The notes beneath the pieces were generated by a model. The model saw only the letters and a program-made list of their open reading frames with translations, was not told the DNA's origin and did not search any database. A stretch of 64,000 nt of DNA, taken from the NCBI GenBank assembly GCA_963713825.1, contig CAVQNG010000001.1, positions 96,001-160,000 on the forward strand. The letters run 5' to 3'. Source of the stretch: an uncultured Acidobacteriota bacterium. GTDB taxonomy: Bacteria > Acidobacteriota > Thermoanaerobaculia > Multivoradales > JAHEKO01. A program made the position numbers and the translations under genes. This document shows, one piece after another, positions 29,825 to 39,493 of the stretch. How positions within the stretch are numbered: the first letter of the stretch is position 1; the number at the start of each line of letters is the position of its first letter.

Positions 29825-31843
29825 TCAGCTCCGATAGATCGAGCTTCCAACCATTTGCTCGGGCTTCTCGATACCAAAGAACTCGAGAATGCTCACCGGT
29901 AGGTCGAGGATCGAAGGAGTGGCTTTGCTGACCCTGTGGCTCGAGAACAGGCTGCCAGGAACCAGATCGCGGGCCATCGAATGGTCACCACTCCAGGCCC
30001 AGGGGTTGAGGTCGATCGTCGTGGGACCCGTAGCGCCCAGCACCGAGGGTGACGAGTTGCGGTAACCGGGCGTGTATCCAACCAGCAGCTCCGGCATCAT
30101 CGGAGTGGCCTCTCCAACGTACATACCGTCTCGTGGGTAGACCTTGGCGACAGGCCGCTCTCCCGTCTCGGGGTCGGTTATGGACTGCAGCTCGCGGCTG
30201 ATACGGGCCGTGATCTCTCCCGCCTTGGCAGCCTCGACAATGCCCTGTCCCTCACGGTTCTTCAAGTTGAGGTAGAGACCGTTGAAGCCGACGCCGTAGG
30301 CCACGGTCTGCGCCCAGTCGATGTCGGTGATGGCCGTCTCCACCTTCTTGGCAGCTTCGGACTTGAGGGTCAGATAGCCGTTATCGCGCAGCCAGGTGTT
30401 GAGATGGAACTGGCGACCGAATTGGGCGAACCCGTGGTCGGAGCAGATGAGTACGAGGGTCTGGTCGTCGATGGCGGGGAGGACCTCGCCGACGATCTCG
30501 TCCATCCGTTCATAGAGATAGGGAATCCAGGAGCCGAATCGGGCGTCGGATTCGGCGTGCTTGGGATGGGAGGCGTCCATGTTGCGCCACAGCATGTGGG
30601 CGTCCTGGTCGGTAGACGAGACGTAGAAGTAGAAGAGTCCGTCCGAGAACCGGGACCACTGGTGATGAAACAGGGCGAGGCGCTCCTCCAGGATGAGCTC
30701 GGCCTGCTTGACGTATTCCTCGTCATTCAGGATCCGGTAGTCGAAGGCCTTGGTGTCGCAGGGCAGACCCTTGGTCCAGAACGAACCGATGTCCCGGGCG
30801 ATCTCGGCGCCAAATTCCTGGGGATAGGTCACCGGCGCAGCCTGATTTGCGGGGTCGATGTTGATCGGCGTGGCGTAGAGCTGGAAGTGGGGCCGCAGCT
30901 GCTTGACGAGGAAGCGGACGATCCCGCTCGCCGACCCGAGCACGGGAAGGAGATCGAACTGCACCGGGACCCAGGGTGAGTATTCGCCCACATTGAGAAC
31001 CAGCGTCTCGCCCTGGAGGTCGATCCGAACGGCATCCTCTTTGGGGTCCAGGTAGACCTCGAACGGGGCCTTGACGTTGTCTGCGAAGGGTTCGTTCGAG
31101 CCGGATGGAGAGACGAGAGAGTTGACGGGGCCCAGCAGGTTGGCCCGGACGACGTTCTGGTTGACATCGACGTACTGCACCGTGCCACCGGAGATATCCG
31201 GGTAGTGTTCGAACGGATCGGAGGTCCAATAGCTGAAAGAGCCATAGGAATCGATCAGATCGGGCGTGCCCATCCCCGCGATTCCCTTGGTCGCCGTCTC
31301 GTCGATCGGGAAGTTGGTCGGGATCTTCGAGATCCAGGCTGGGATGCCCTGTTCCGTGAGGTACGCCCAGAAGGGCTTGCCATTGCGCAGATTGACCGGA
31401 CCACCCCCTTTGATCGGCAGATGAACATCGCCGAAGCTGATGGTCAGGTCTGGGGCGGTGTTCTCGTAGATGGAGAAGATGGGCATATAGGTCTTGGGAT
31501 CACGGGCAATGAAATCGGCGATACCGTGACCTCCAGGAGTCATGCCGGTGATGAAGCTCGACCAGGCCACCGGGCTCAGAGCCGGCATGGTCGTGGCCAA
31601 AGGCAGAAATGAGCCCATCTCGGCCAGTTTCTTGAAGTTCGGAGCCCGGCCGGTGTCCATCAACCCCTTGATGATGGTCGGATCCAGTCCGTCGAAACCG
31701 AGAACGATCGCCTTGCGACCGTTGGCGCTGCTGCGGCCGCAAGAGGTGAGGAGAGGGAAACTGGCGCCGGCAGCTCCACCAGCCATGAGCTGTAGGAACC
31801 GGCGGCGGTCGATAGCTGAAAGAAGGCGTGGGTCGTCGGACAT
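29825..31843 (-). CDS. Alkaline phosphatase / nucleotide pyrophosphatase-phosphodiesterase family protein, Tat lipoprotein
   Basis: DRRRFLQL...LTSC; LGFDGLD; PALSPVAWSSF.TG; SDHGF; WSGDH. Confidence 0.88.
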   Translation of the reverse strand: MSDDPRLLSAIDRRRFLQLMAGGAAGASFPLLTSCGRSSANGRKAIVLGFDGLDPTIIKGLMDTGRAPNFKKLAEMGSFLPLATTMPALSPVAWSSFITGMTPGGHGIADFIARDPKTYMPIFSIYENTAPDLTISFGDVHLPIKGGGPVNLRNGKPFWAYLTEQGIPAWISKIPTNFPIDETATKGIAGMGTPDLIDSYGSFSYWTSDPFEHYPDISGGTVQYVDVNQNVVRANLLGPVNSLVSPSGSNEPFADNVKAPFEVYLDPKEDAVRIDLQGETLVLNVGEYSPWVPVQFDLLPVLGSASGIVRFLVKQLRPHFQLYATPINIDPANQAAPVTYPQEFGAEIARDIGSFWTKGLPCDTKAFDYRILNDEEYVKQAELILEERLALFHHQWSRFSDGLFYFYVSSTDQDAHMLWRNMDASHPKHAESDARFGSWIPYLYERMDEIVGEVLPAIDDQTLVLICSDHGFAQFGRQFHLNTWLRDNGYLTLKSEAAKKVETAITDIDWAQTVAYGVGFNGLYLNLKNREGQGIVEAAKAGEITARISRELQSITDPETGERPVAKVYPRDGMYVGEATPMMPELLVGYTPGYRNSSPSVLGATGPTTIDLNPWAWSGDHSMARDLVPGSLFSSHRVSKATPSILDLPVSILEFFGIEKPEQMVGSSIYRS

Positions 31844-32109
31844 GCTGGCTCCTCTGACTCTGAAACAGCGTCGAGTCTCTTCTTCTGGAAGTCTAGCTCT
31901 GCTCGAGATGATTGAACAGACCACCGTTGACCTGATCTGCGGCCTGGCAGGCTGGTGGTTGTGACAGCCTCGGGAGACAGGCCAACGGCAATTCCGTGAC
32001 CCTCACCCTTCATGCCGAGTTTCCAGTCTCCAGTCAGAGGTAAAGAGCAGTTGGTGCTACTCTCATTCGCGATGAGTCGTCAGGATTTCGTTGTCGAATA
32101 GGGGGCGTC

Positions 32110-34239
32110 GTGAGAACTGAAATCACTACCTTCGTGCTCTTGTCGTGTTGCTCATTGATTCTGCAGACCACTCCTTCGAGGGCGGAGGAGGGCGAAGCGC
32201 CAAAGGAGAGCTCGGTGTCCTTTGTCGGACCCGACTTCAAAGATGTGATCAGCCTCCGAACCGCCGGTTCTCCCAGGGTCTCTCCGGATGGAACTGCGGT
32301 TCTGTACACAGTCAGGGAGGCAGATTGGGAAGGCAATCGATTCGACACGGAAATCTGGCTTGCCAGGGAGGGTGAGGAGCCGTTCCCACTGACGCGTACC
32401 AAGGACAACAGCAGCTCGGACGCGCGGTGGTCTCCCGACGGCAAGAAGGTGGCATTTCTCGCCGACAGAGGCGACGGCTCACAGATCTGGCTGATCTCAC
32501 CATGGGGAGGGGAGGCCCGGGCGCTGACAGCGGTCGAGGACGGAGTCGCGGGGTTCGAGTGGTCCCCGCACGGGACCCGATTGGCTGTTGCGGTCACCGA
32601 TCCACAAGACTCCGACCGCAAGAAGCTGGAAGAAGCTCTTGGCAGTTTCTCGTTGGAGGACCAGGATTTCCAGAACACGCACTTGTGGCTGCTGGACGTG
32701 GAGGGTGCGCTTGCCACTGCGGCCGGTGCCGAGCTCCCCGATGAAGAGGACGCGAGCGACGAGGTGGCCGCAGGAGAAGAACAGGAGGACCCCGAAGAAG
32801 ACATCCCCTCGCCATTTTCGCGGCTGACCGGTGGCAGCGAGTTCACGGTGGACACCTATCGGTGGTCTCCTGATGGCAATTGGATTGCGTTCGACCACAT
32901 GCCGGATCCCCGCATCGAGTCCTCCAGTCGTGCCGATATCTCGATCCTCGAGGTCGAGACGGGGGAGATTCGACCTCTGGTGACGCAGCCAGGGCCCGAT
33001 AGTGACCCATGGTGGTCACCTGACGGTGAGTGGGTTGTATTTTCTACCGGTGACGGTGATCCTGCGTACTATCTGAATACGGAGGTCGCCAAGGTACCTG
33101 CGGCCGGGGGCGATATCGATGTACTGACGGAGGCTTTCGATGAGAATGCGAGAGCCGTGGCCTGGCTGGACGACGGTATCCGTTTTCTCGCTCTCGATAG
33201 GACGACCCGGAACCTGTACAGGCTCGATCCGGGTACTGGAGCTGTCGAGAAGGTGAGCATCGAAGGCGCCCCACTCATCCTGTGGTCGGTGGACTTTTCG
33301 AAGAACGGACAGACGATGGCTTTTCAGGCCGAAGGCGTGGACACCCTCGATGAGGTGTACCGTGTCGAGGCCGGCAGCACCAGAGCGCTGCGGGTCAGCA
33401 GCACCACCGAGCAGACGAACGGCTGGTCGGTCGGCAACCGTGATGTGATCGAGTGGGAGAGCCAGGACGGAGCCATGGTCGAAGGCGTCTTGCTGACACC
33501 CGACGACTTCGATTCGGGCGTCGAGCACCCTCTACTGGTCATCATTCATGGGGGCCCTGCGTGGCTCTCGTTCCCGGCCCTCGCCTACACCTACGTTTAC
33601 CCTGTCCAGCAGTGGCTCGAAAAGGGAGCGGTGATCCTGATGCCCAACTATCGCGGTTCGGCGGGCTACGGTGAGACCTTTCGTTCGCTGAACGTTCGCA
33701 ATCTGGGTGTCGGGGACGCATGGGACGTGTTGTCCGGAGTCGATCACCTTGTGGCCCAGGGATTCGTGGATACCGATCGCATGGCTGCGATGGGTTGGAG
33801 CCAGGGGGGATACATCTCGGCTTTCCTGACCACCTCCAGCGACCGCTTTGCGGCGATCTCGGTCGGGGCCGGTATCTCGAACTGGATGACCTACTACGTC
33901 AACACCGACATCCACCCCTTCACCCGCCATTACCTCGAAAGCACGCCCTGGAGCGACCCCGAGATCTACGCCAAGACCTCGCCCATGACGTATATCAACT
34001 CCGCCTCGACACCGACCCTGATCCAACACGGTGAGCTCGACCGCCGTGTGCCCACGCCCAACGCCTACGAGCTCTATCAGGGGCTCCAGGATGTCGGCGT
34101 GCCGGTGGACCTGGTGATCTACAAGGGCTTCGGACACGGCATCCGCAAGCCCAAAGAGCTGCTCGCGGCCGTGTGGCACAACTGGCAGTTCTTCGCCAGA
34201 TGGATCTGGGACGAGGACGTGGTCATCCCAACGGAGTAG
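32110..34239 (+). CDS. S9 family (prolyl oligopeptidase / acylaminoacyl) peptidase
   Basis: PD40-type WSPDG repeats; IHGGP; NYRGSAGYG; GWSQGG; HGELDRRVP; GHG. Confidence 0.93.
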   Translation: MRTEITTFVLLSCCSLILQTTPSRAEEGEAPKESSVSFVGPDFKDVISLRTAGSPRVSPDGTAVLYTVREADWEGNRFDTEIWLAREGEEPFPLTRTKDNSSSDARWSPDGKKVAFLADRGDGSQIWLISPWGGEARALTAVEDGVAGFEWSPHGTRLAVAVTDPQDSDRKKLEEALGSFSLEDQDFQNTHLWLLDVEGALATAAGAELPDEEDASDEVAAGEEQEDPEEDIPSPFSRLTGGSEFTVDTYRWSPDGNWIAFDHMPDPRIESSSRADISILEVETGEIRPLVTQPGPDSDPWWSPDGEWVVFSTGDGDPAYYLNTEVAKVPAAGGDIDVLTEAFDENARAVAWLDDGIRFLALDRTTRNLYRLDPGTGAVEKVSIEGAPLILWSVDFSKNGQTMAFQAEGVDTLDEVYRVEAGSTRALRVSSTTEQTNGWSVGNRDVIEWESQDGAMVEGVLLTPDDFDSGVEHPLLVIIHGGPAWLSFPALAYTYVYPVQQWLEKGAVILMPNYRGSAGYGETFRSLNVRNLGVGDAWDVLSGVDHLVAQGFVDTDRMAAMGWSQGGYISAFLTTSSDRFAAISVGAGISNWMTYYVNTDIHPFTRHYLESTPWSDPEIYAKTSPMTYINSASTPTLIQHGELDRRVPTPNAYELYQGLQDVGVPVDLVIYKGFGHGIRKPKELLAAVWHNWQFFARWIWDEDVVIPTE

Positions 34240-34367
34240 GTCTTCGAACGGCGCCCTACATCGCTTCCAGGCGGTCTCCTCGAGTCGATGTGAGCCCTTG
34301 CTTGATCAGCTTCTCGTCGTCGTGTTCGCTAGTGGGTACCTGGACCTGGGTCCCTCGTGGCACGGCA

Positions 34368-35096
34368 TCAGACCAAGCTCCGGATGACAAGTGCGGCGTA
34401 ACTGTGAGTTCCCTCGATCAGGTGGGCGCTGAACCGCTGCGGTCCGCCATGGTCAGGGGGCGCATCCACGACACGCAGAGTCGGGTCCAACGCGAATTCG
34501 AAGGCGTCGAGGCCATAGGGTAATCCCTCCCCGATGGATTTCAACGCCGCTTCCTTCAGGCTCCAGAATTGGAGGAAGGTCCGCCGGCTCGCCAGGCCGC
34601 CTGGTCCTTCAACGACCTTGGCCTCGGCCACCGAAAAGAACTGCTGAGCGAGCTCTGTAGCCTCCAGGTTTCTCGATCGATCTTCGATGTCGACACCGAC
34701 CCCATGCGTCGACGACCATGCCCCGAGAAGACCGAAGCGGCAAGAGGAAAAACTAAACCAACATCTCGGCAAGTCGGACAGGTGCGGACGGCCGTTTTCT
34801 GTCTCGTCGAAAGCGATCTGCGACAGGGGCTGTGACGATTCGAGCGCACGAGCGCCGCAGAAACGGCGAAACGCCCGGCGTTGTTGGAACCGGGCCTTGT
34901 CACCTTGTGTGACGAAGCGATCGGCCCTGTGCGACTCGGAATCTGACAGGACTGATGCGCAACGCCTCGTTACCTCTGGATCGCGCGACACCGGCGCATA
35001 CAACACGTGAGCGGCGTGACGCGCCGGCGCCGGTGTCAGATCGCGAGAACAAGCGGCGAAATAGTCCTTGATCGGATCGCTACCGTTTCTGGTCAT
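34368..35096 (-). CDS. Sfp-type 4'-phosphopantetheinyl transferase
   Basis: GRP.L, FSFS, VGVDIE, FWSLKEAALKSIGEGL. Confidence 0.9.
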   Translation of the reverse strand: MTRNGSDPIKDYFAACSRDLTPAPARHAAHVLYAPVSRDPEVTRRCASVLSDSESHRADRFVTQGDKARFQQRRAFRRFCGARALESSQPLSQIAFDETENGRPHLSDLPRCWFSFSSCRFGLLGAWSSTHGVGVDIEDRSRNLEATELAQQFFSVAEAKVVEGPGGLASRRTFLQFWSLKEAALKSIGEGLPYGLDAFEFALDPTLRVVDAPPDHGGPQRFSAHLIEGTHSYAALVIRSLV

Positions 35097-35145
35097 CTGA
35101 ATCGAAGAGCCTTTGGACTGGCTGAGAGACTAGGGGAGGCGAGAG

Positions 35146-38100
35146 TCAATCCTCTCCCACCGGCTCCGCGGGGCTGCCTTCGTATGTGGCAGTGGACAGG
35201 TGCATCTCCTTGAGGACCATGCTCAACGGTAAGAGCGTTGTCTCAGGCTCGATGACCGCACCGCCCATTACCGTGGCGCCGAAGCTGATGGTGCTGCCGT
35301 CCTGGATTTCGGTCAGCTTCACTTTCAGCATCATGTTCTCGAAGGTGTGAAACTGCAGCAAACCGTTGACCACGCAATCGTCGCCAAATCTCACCGCGTT
35401 CCAATCGTAGGCCTGCAGAGGCGAGGCAAGGATGGTCCGTTTGCCGATCTGACACCCCATCCATCGCAGAACAATATTCGAGAGTGTTGTCCCGGTGAGA
35501 ATCCGCAAGGGTCTTATACACCAGGCGAAGAAGCAATCCTGGGTGAAAAAGTAGGTGTAGTGCCGCCAGGACCAGAACGGTGTCGAGTGCGCAGAGCCCC
35601 ATTCACTGCCGACAAGGACCTTCTTGATCACGGCGCAGAACGCAATCAGGATGACCTCCGCGAGAATCAAAGCAATGAACGCGCTGAGGATCAGGGGCCC
35701 GCCCAACCGCAGCAGGCTGGTGTACAGAATCACATAGACGAGTATGTCGGCGATGCGCAGAATCCCGATGCTGAGAACATCATTCAGGAAGACCCGCGCC
35801 GCGAAGAGGGACAGACTAGGCAGTTTCTGGGCTCTGTTCTCCGCCTCGAAGTCCGCGCTCGCAAACCTGACAGGCGGGTTCCCCGCCACCGTGATCGGCT
35901 CGCCGAGCCGCGATCGCATCTGGCGCCGGAACTGTATGTCATTGCCCAGGGTAGAGGTGCCCAGTAGGAAGTTGGACGGGAATTGCCCGTACTCCGCGAC
36001 GCAGTTGTTACCGCTGAAGAAATTCTCGGGCATGTCGAGCTGGCGGAGCTTGATGTGCTCGGCACCATAGTCGAGCATGTTCGTGAAACAACCATTGGAC
36101 CAGAACACCTGCGAGTCGGCGCTGGCAAGCTCCGGGACGAGGTTGAACATGACGTCGCACTCCGAGGCGCCCAACCGCGGGAAGCGCATGCCAGCGAGTG
36201 CCCGCAGGTATTGCCCAGTGATGGTCCAGGTCCACTGTCTCTGGATCTGGTTCATCTTCTTCAGTCTGTACAAGAGGAGAGAGCCCTTGAGTCCACGCGA
36301 GGAATACAGGCCGGGGGAGGCGGGCGTGCAGCGAAGAAAGAGGCAAACCAGCACTGAGATGAGAACGATGGCGACCCAGGTGGTGATGAAGGCGTAGAGG
36401 CCCATTTGCCAGACGATCTCGTGCAGCGGCGTCACTTTGAAGTATTTGCTGGCGATTTCTGTTTCTTTGACGGGGATGAAGTTGACGGCAATCCAGCTGA
36501 CCACGGCGGTGGGGACTACCATGAGCCAGAAGTCCAGGAAGACATTCATCAGAATGTTGAGCGTCTCCATGACCCAGAACGGGTGCCTGACTTCGCAAGT
36601 CTCGGCGGTGCGCTGCAGTTGGGTGCAACGGCCGCTGAAGCGCGCCGGGGCACCCTCCCACATCTCCTCCGCACCCACATCGCTGAGGATGGGAGTCAAC
36701 GGAGCGATCCAGGTGCCGCGGCCTACCGTCACGTCGTTGGCGATGGCTGCCCGCATGCCGATCTTGCAGCCGCTCTCGAGGTGAACAGGGCCGATGTGCA
36801 GCTCCTGCCCCAACCACCTCGACATGTGCAGGTAGGCTCCGGTCTGGATCGCGACATCGTCCCCGATGGAGAGTAGGTCCAGCGGCCCATTGAACTCCAC
36901 GTCGTGCGCGCACTGCAGGTTGTCACCCACGGTCGTCCCGAGTCGCCGCAACACGTATGCCATAAGGGGGGCGCTGCGGAACATTGTGCGCAGGGGGAAG
37001 AGCACCGAACGTTCCAGCCGCCCGATACACCAGGTTCTCAAGTGCATCCTGCTCCACTTGGGGTAGACACCCGGCGTCACCTTGTTCTTGTACAGGTGAC
37101 CGCCCATGAAGAGCTTGATCCCCATGACCCAGAGCAGGCTGGCGAAGGGCAGGGCAAGGGCAATCAAGTACATCAAGAAGCCGACGCCAATGAACTCCCA
37201 GGGGCCGGCGGTCATGAAGAACTCGCCGATCTCCGAGAAGGCGATGAGCCCCAGGAAGCCGATCAAGGGGGGGGAGTACAACAAGGACAGGAAGAGGACC
37301 TGCAGAGTCGTGAAATATCCCGTGGAGAGCACCCTTGCCGCAGCTTCATCGCGCTCCGTGCTGTTCCGGTCGGTCTTCACCGCAGCCACGGGGGTCTGGG
37401 AGGCCTCCTGGAGTTGCCGTGGGCGACTGGCCACCTTCCGTGCCGTGTCGCAGTCGCTGAGCAGAGCCCGGACCGGGACCGCCCATCCTGCGGTTTGCAG
37501 GCGTTGCGCCAGTCGCGCAATGACGATCGAGTGCCCGCCATGGTCAGCGAACACATCATCCCATTCCAACGAGGTCTCGAACACGGCTCTGCAAATCGTC
37601 AGTACTTCCTCACAGCCCGGTTCCAAGTCCGGATCGGTGTCGGGAGGCGGGGCTATCCCTGAATCTGTGTCGAGCGCTCCCTCTGCTTCCGGCTTGGCGT
37701 TGGTCAGTAGATGAGACAGGTTGGGTAGGCTCCCCCGGTCGATCTTCCCGGACACCGGCTTCATGACGAATTGCTCCACCAGGAAGATCCTCGTCGGGAC
37801 CGCTGGCTCCGGAAGCTGTCTGGCCAGGGTCGCTGTCACCCGGGCAGCCCACTCCGCTGGCGCAGGAGCGACCACCGAGATATCAGCCTTGGAGATCGAC
37901 GGAGCACTTACGAAGGCAACCAGCTCCTCATTCTGATAGTCCAACACAGCTGCTTCGATTTCCCCGAACTGCGTTTGGAGTATGTCCTCAACCGCTTGCG
38001 TCTCGACTCGGTGCCCGCGCACCTTGAGCTGTGAGTCGACTCGGCCGAGGAAGTGCACTTGTTGCGTGCGGATATCTATCCTGCATTTATCCCCGGTGCG

Positions 38101-39399
38101 GTAGAGGCGGCCGAACCGAGGGTGCGTGATGAATTTCTGGGCCGTTTGCTCCGGCAAGTTGCGGTAACCGCGCGCTATGTGCACTCCACCAATGCAGAGC
38201 TCGCCGACTTGCCCGTGGGGCAGTGGGCGGAGCTCGTTGACCTCGAGGATGACGTAGGTGACGTTGGCGAAGGGCGAGCCTATGGTAACGGGCTCTCCCG
38301 CTCGCAAGCTCTGGCGGCTCGTGTCGGTGCTCGCCTCGGTGGGACCGTAGGTGTTGATGATCTGTCGTCTGCCACGCGTCCACGGCTCCACGAGCGCGGT
38401 GGGGAAGGCTTCGCCCGCCGGGACGATATAGCGGCACAGCGGGTACGGCAGATCCAGCTCCGGGTCTGGTGTGAGGGTGGTCAGCAGCACTGGGGGACAA
38501 AACAGCACAGTGACCTCGGCTTCACGGAGGACGGGGATGAGGTCCGGACCGGACCGGAACTGCTCCTTGGTCAGCATGACCACGGCACAACCCGACACCC
38601 AGGCGCTGTACATCTCGGAGATGCTGCCGTCGTAACCCAGCGACGAAGTGAGCGAGGTCGCATCCATTCCAGGAATGAGATCGAAGTAGTCGGCATAGGT
38701 CAGTGCCAGGTTCACATAGCCTGCGTGTGGGCACTCGACGCCCTTGGGCATCCCGGTCGTTCCACTGGTGTAGAAGATCGTTGCCAGGCGCTGGGCGGGG
38801 TCGTCCAACCATGACGGCGGCTTTCTTCGGGGGATCCTTTCGGGCAACGCCAGCAAGTCGAGCGTCGGCAGGTCGCGGAACTTGTCTTGCCCCCGCGTGA
38901 GAATGACCACCGGCTGTGCGTCGTCGAGCATGTGGGCTATCAGGGCTTCCGGCAAGGTGGTGTCGAGGAACATCACCGCACCGCCAGCCTTGAGAATGCC
39001 GAGGTGAGAGGCGACGATTTGCCAGTTGTCCTGCGACATGGCCACGGCCACGACCTGGTCCGGACCTGTAAGGAAGGGAGAAAGGGCCGCCGCGACGCTC
39101 TCAGCTCGGACGTCGAGCTCAGCGAAGGTCAGGGACTCCCCGGTGTGGGGAATCTGCAAAGCCGTGAGATTTGGGAACTTCCTGGCGGAGCGGCTGAAGA
39201 TCTCTGTAAGCCACCGGACGCCTTTCTGATGCGGAACGTTCAGGAGATGTCGGTCGCCAAAGACATCCGTCAAGCTGTATGGGCAAACGTCCGCCCGCCC
39301 GTCCGGCACTATCTCCGCCGCCCAGAGGTATCGCCTCCAGGCCACATACGTTAGTAAAAGGAAGACCAGGAAGACGGCTGTAAAGATAATTGCTGCCAA
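35146..39399 (-). CDS. Pls/PosA-like single-module membrane NRPS (A-T-[TM/C-like]x3)
   Basis: A domain YTSGTTGMPKG, NTYGPTE, LYRTGD, QLKVRGHRVE, SGKIDR; T domain GGHS; TM pairs alternating with hexapeptide-like domains ending WEGAPA, AGNPP and YEGSPA; TTG start with GAGG RBS. Confidence 0.88.
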   Translation of the reverse strand: MAAIIFTAVFLVFLLLTYVAWRRYLWAAEIVPDGRADVCPYSLTDVFGDRHLLNVPHQKGVRWLTEIFSRSARKFPNLTALQIPHTGESLTFAELDVRAESVAAALSPFLTGPDQVVAVAMSQDNWQIVASHLGILKAGGAVMFLDTTLPEALIAHMLDDAQPVVILTRGQDKFRDLPTLDLLALPERIPRRKPPSWLDDPAQRLATIFYTSGTTGMPKGVECPHAGYVNLALTYADYFDLIPGMDATSLTSSLGYDGSISEMYSAWVSGCAVVMLTKEQFRSGPDLIPVLREAEVTVLFCPPVLLTTLTPDPELDLPYPLCRYIVPAGEAFPTALVEPWTRGRRQIINTYGPTEASTDTSRQSLRAGEPVTIGSPFANVTYVILEVNELRPLPHGQVGELCIGGVHIARGYRNLPEQTAQKFITHPRFGRLYRTGDKCRIDIRTQQVHFLGRVDSQLKVRGHRVETQAVEDILQTQFGEIEAAVLDYQNEELVAFVSAPSISKADISVVAPAPAEWAARVTATLARQLPEPAVPTRIFLVEQFVMKPVSGKIDRGSLPNLSHLLTNAKPEAEGALDTDSGIAPPPDTDPDLEPGCEEVLTICRAVFETSLEWDDVFADHGGHSIVIARLAQRLQTAGWAVPVRALLSDCDTARKVASRPRQLQEASQTPVAAVKTDRNSTERDEAAARVLSTGYFTTLQVLFLSLLYSPPLIGFLGLIAFSEIGEFFMTAGPWEFIGVGFLMYLIALALPFASLLWVMGIKLFMGGHLYKNKVTPGVYPKWSRMHLRTWCIGRLERSVLFPLRTMFRSAPLMAYVLRRLGTTVGDNLQCAHDVEFNGPLDLLSIGDDVAIQTGAYLHMSRWLGQELHIGPVHLESGCKIGMRAAIANDVTVGRGTWIAPLTPILSDVGAEEMWEGAPARFSGRCTQLQRTAETCEVRHPFWVMETLNILMNVFLDFWLMVVPTAVVSWIAVNFIPVKETEIASKYFKVTPLHEIVWQMGLYAFITTWVAIVLISVLVCLFLRCTPASPGLYSSRGLKGSLLLYRLKKMNQIQRQWTWTITGQYLRALAGMRFPRLGASECDVMFNLVPELASADSQVFWSNGCFTNMLDYGAEHIKLRQLDMPENFFSGNNCVAEYGQFPSNFLLGTSTLGNDIQFRRQMRSRLGEPITVAGNPPVRFASADFEAENRAQKLPSLSLFAARVFLNDVLSIGILRIADILVYVILYTSLLRLGGPLILSAFIALILAEVILIAFCAVIKKVLVGSEWGSAHSTPFWSWRHYTYFFTQDCFFAWCIRPLRILTGTTLSNIVLRWMGCQIGKRTILASPLQAYDWNAVRFGDDCVVNGLLQFHTFENMMLKVKLTEIQDGSTISFGATVMGGAVIEPETTLLPLSMVLKEMHLSTATYEGSPAEPVGED

Positions 39400-39493
39400 G
39401 TGCTGTCCTCACATGGCCGTGAAGCCAAGACCCTTGGTAGCCTGGCTCCAACCGCTGAATCTGCCCCTCGTTGCTTTTGGCGACGGGGTGTGG

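Noticed and set aside
32110-34239. S9 peptidase as the polymer-degrading/self-resistance enzyme of the Pls-like cluster
   Set aside because: Convergent orientation and a common housekeeping-type family; adjacency alone is insufficient
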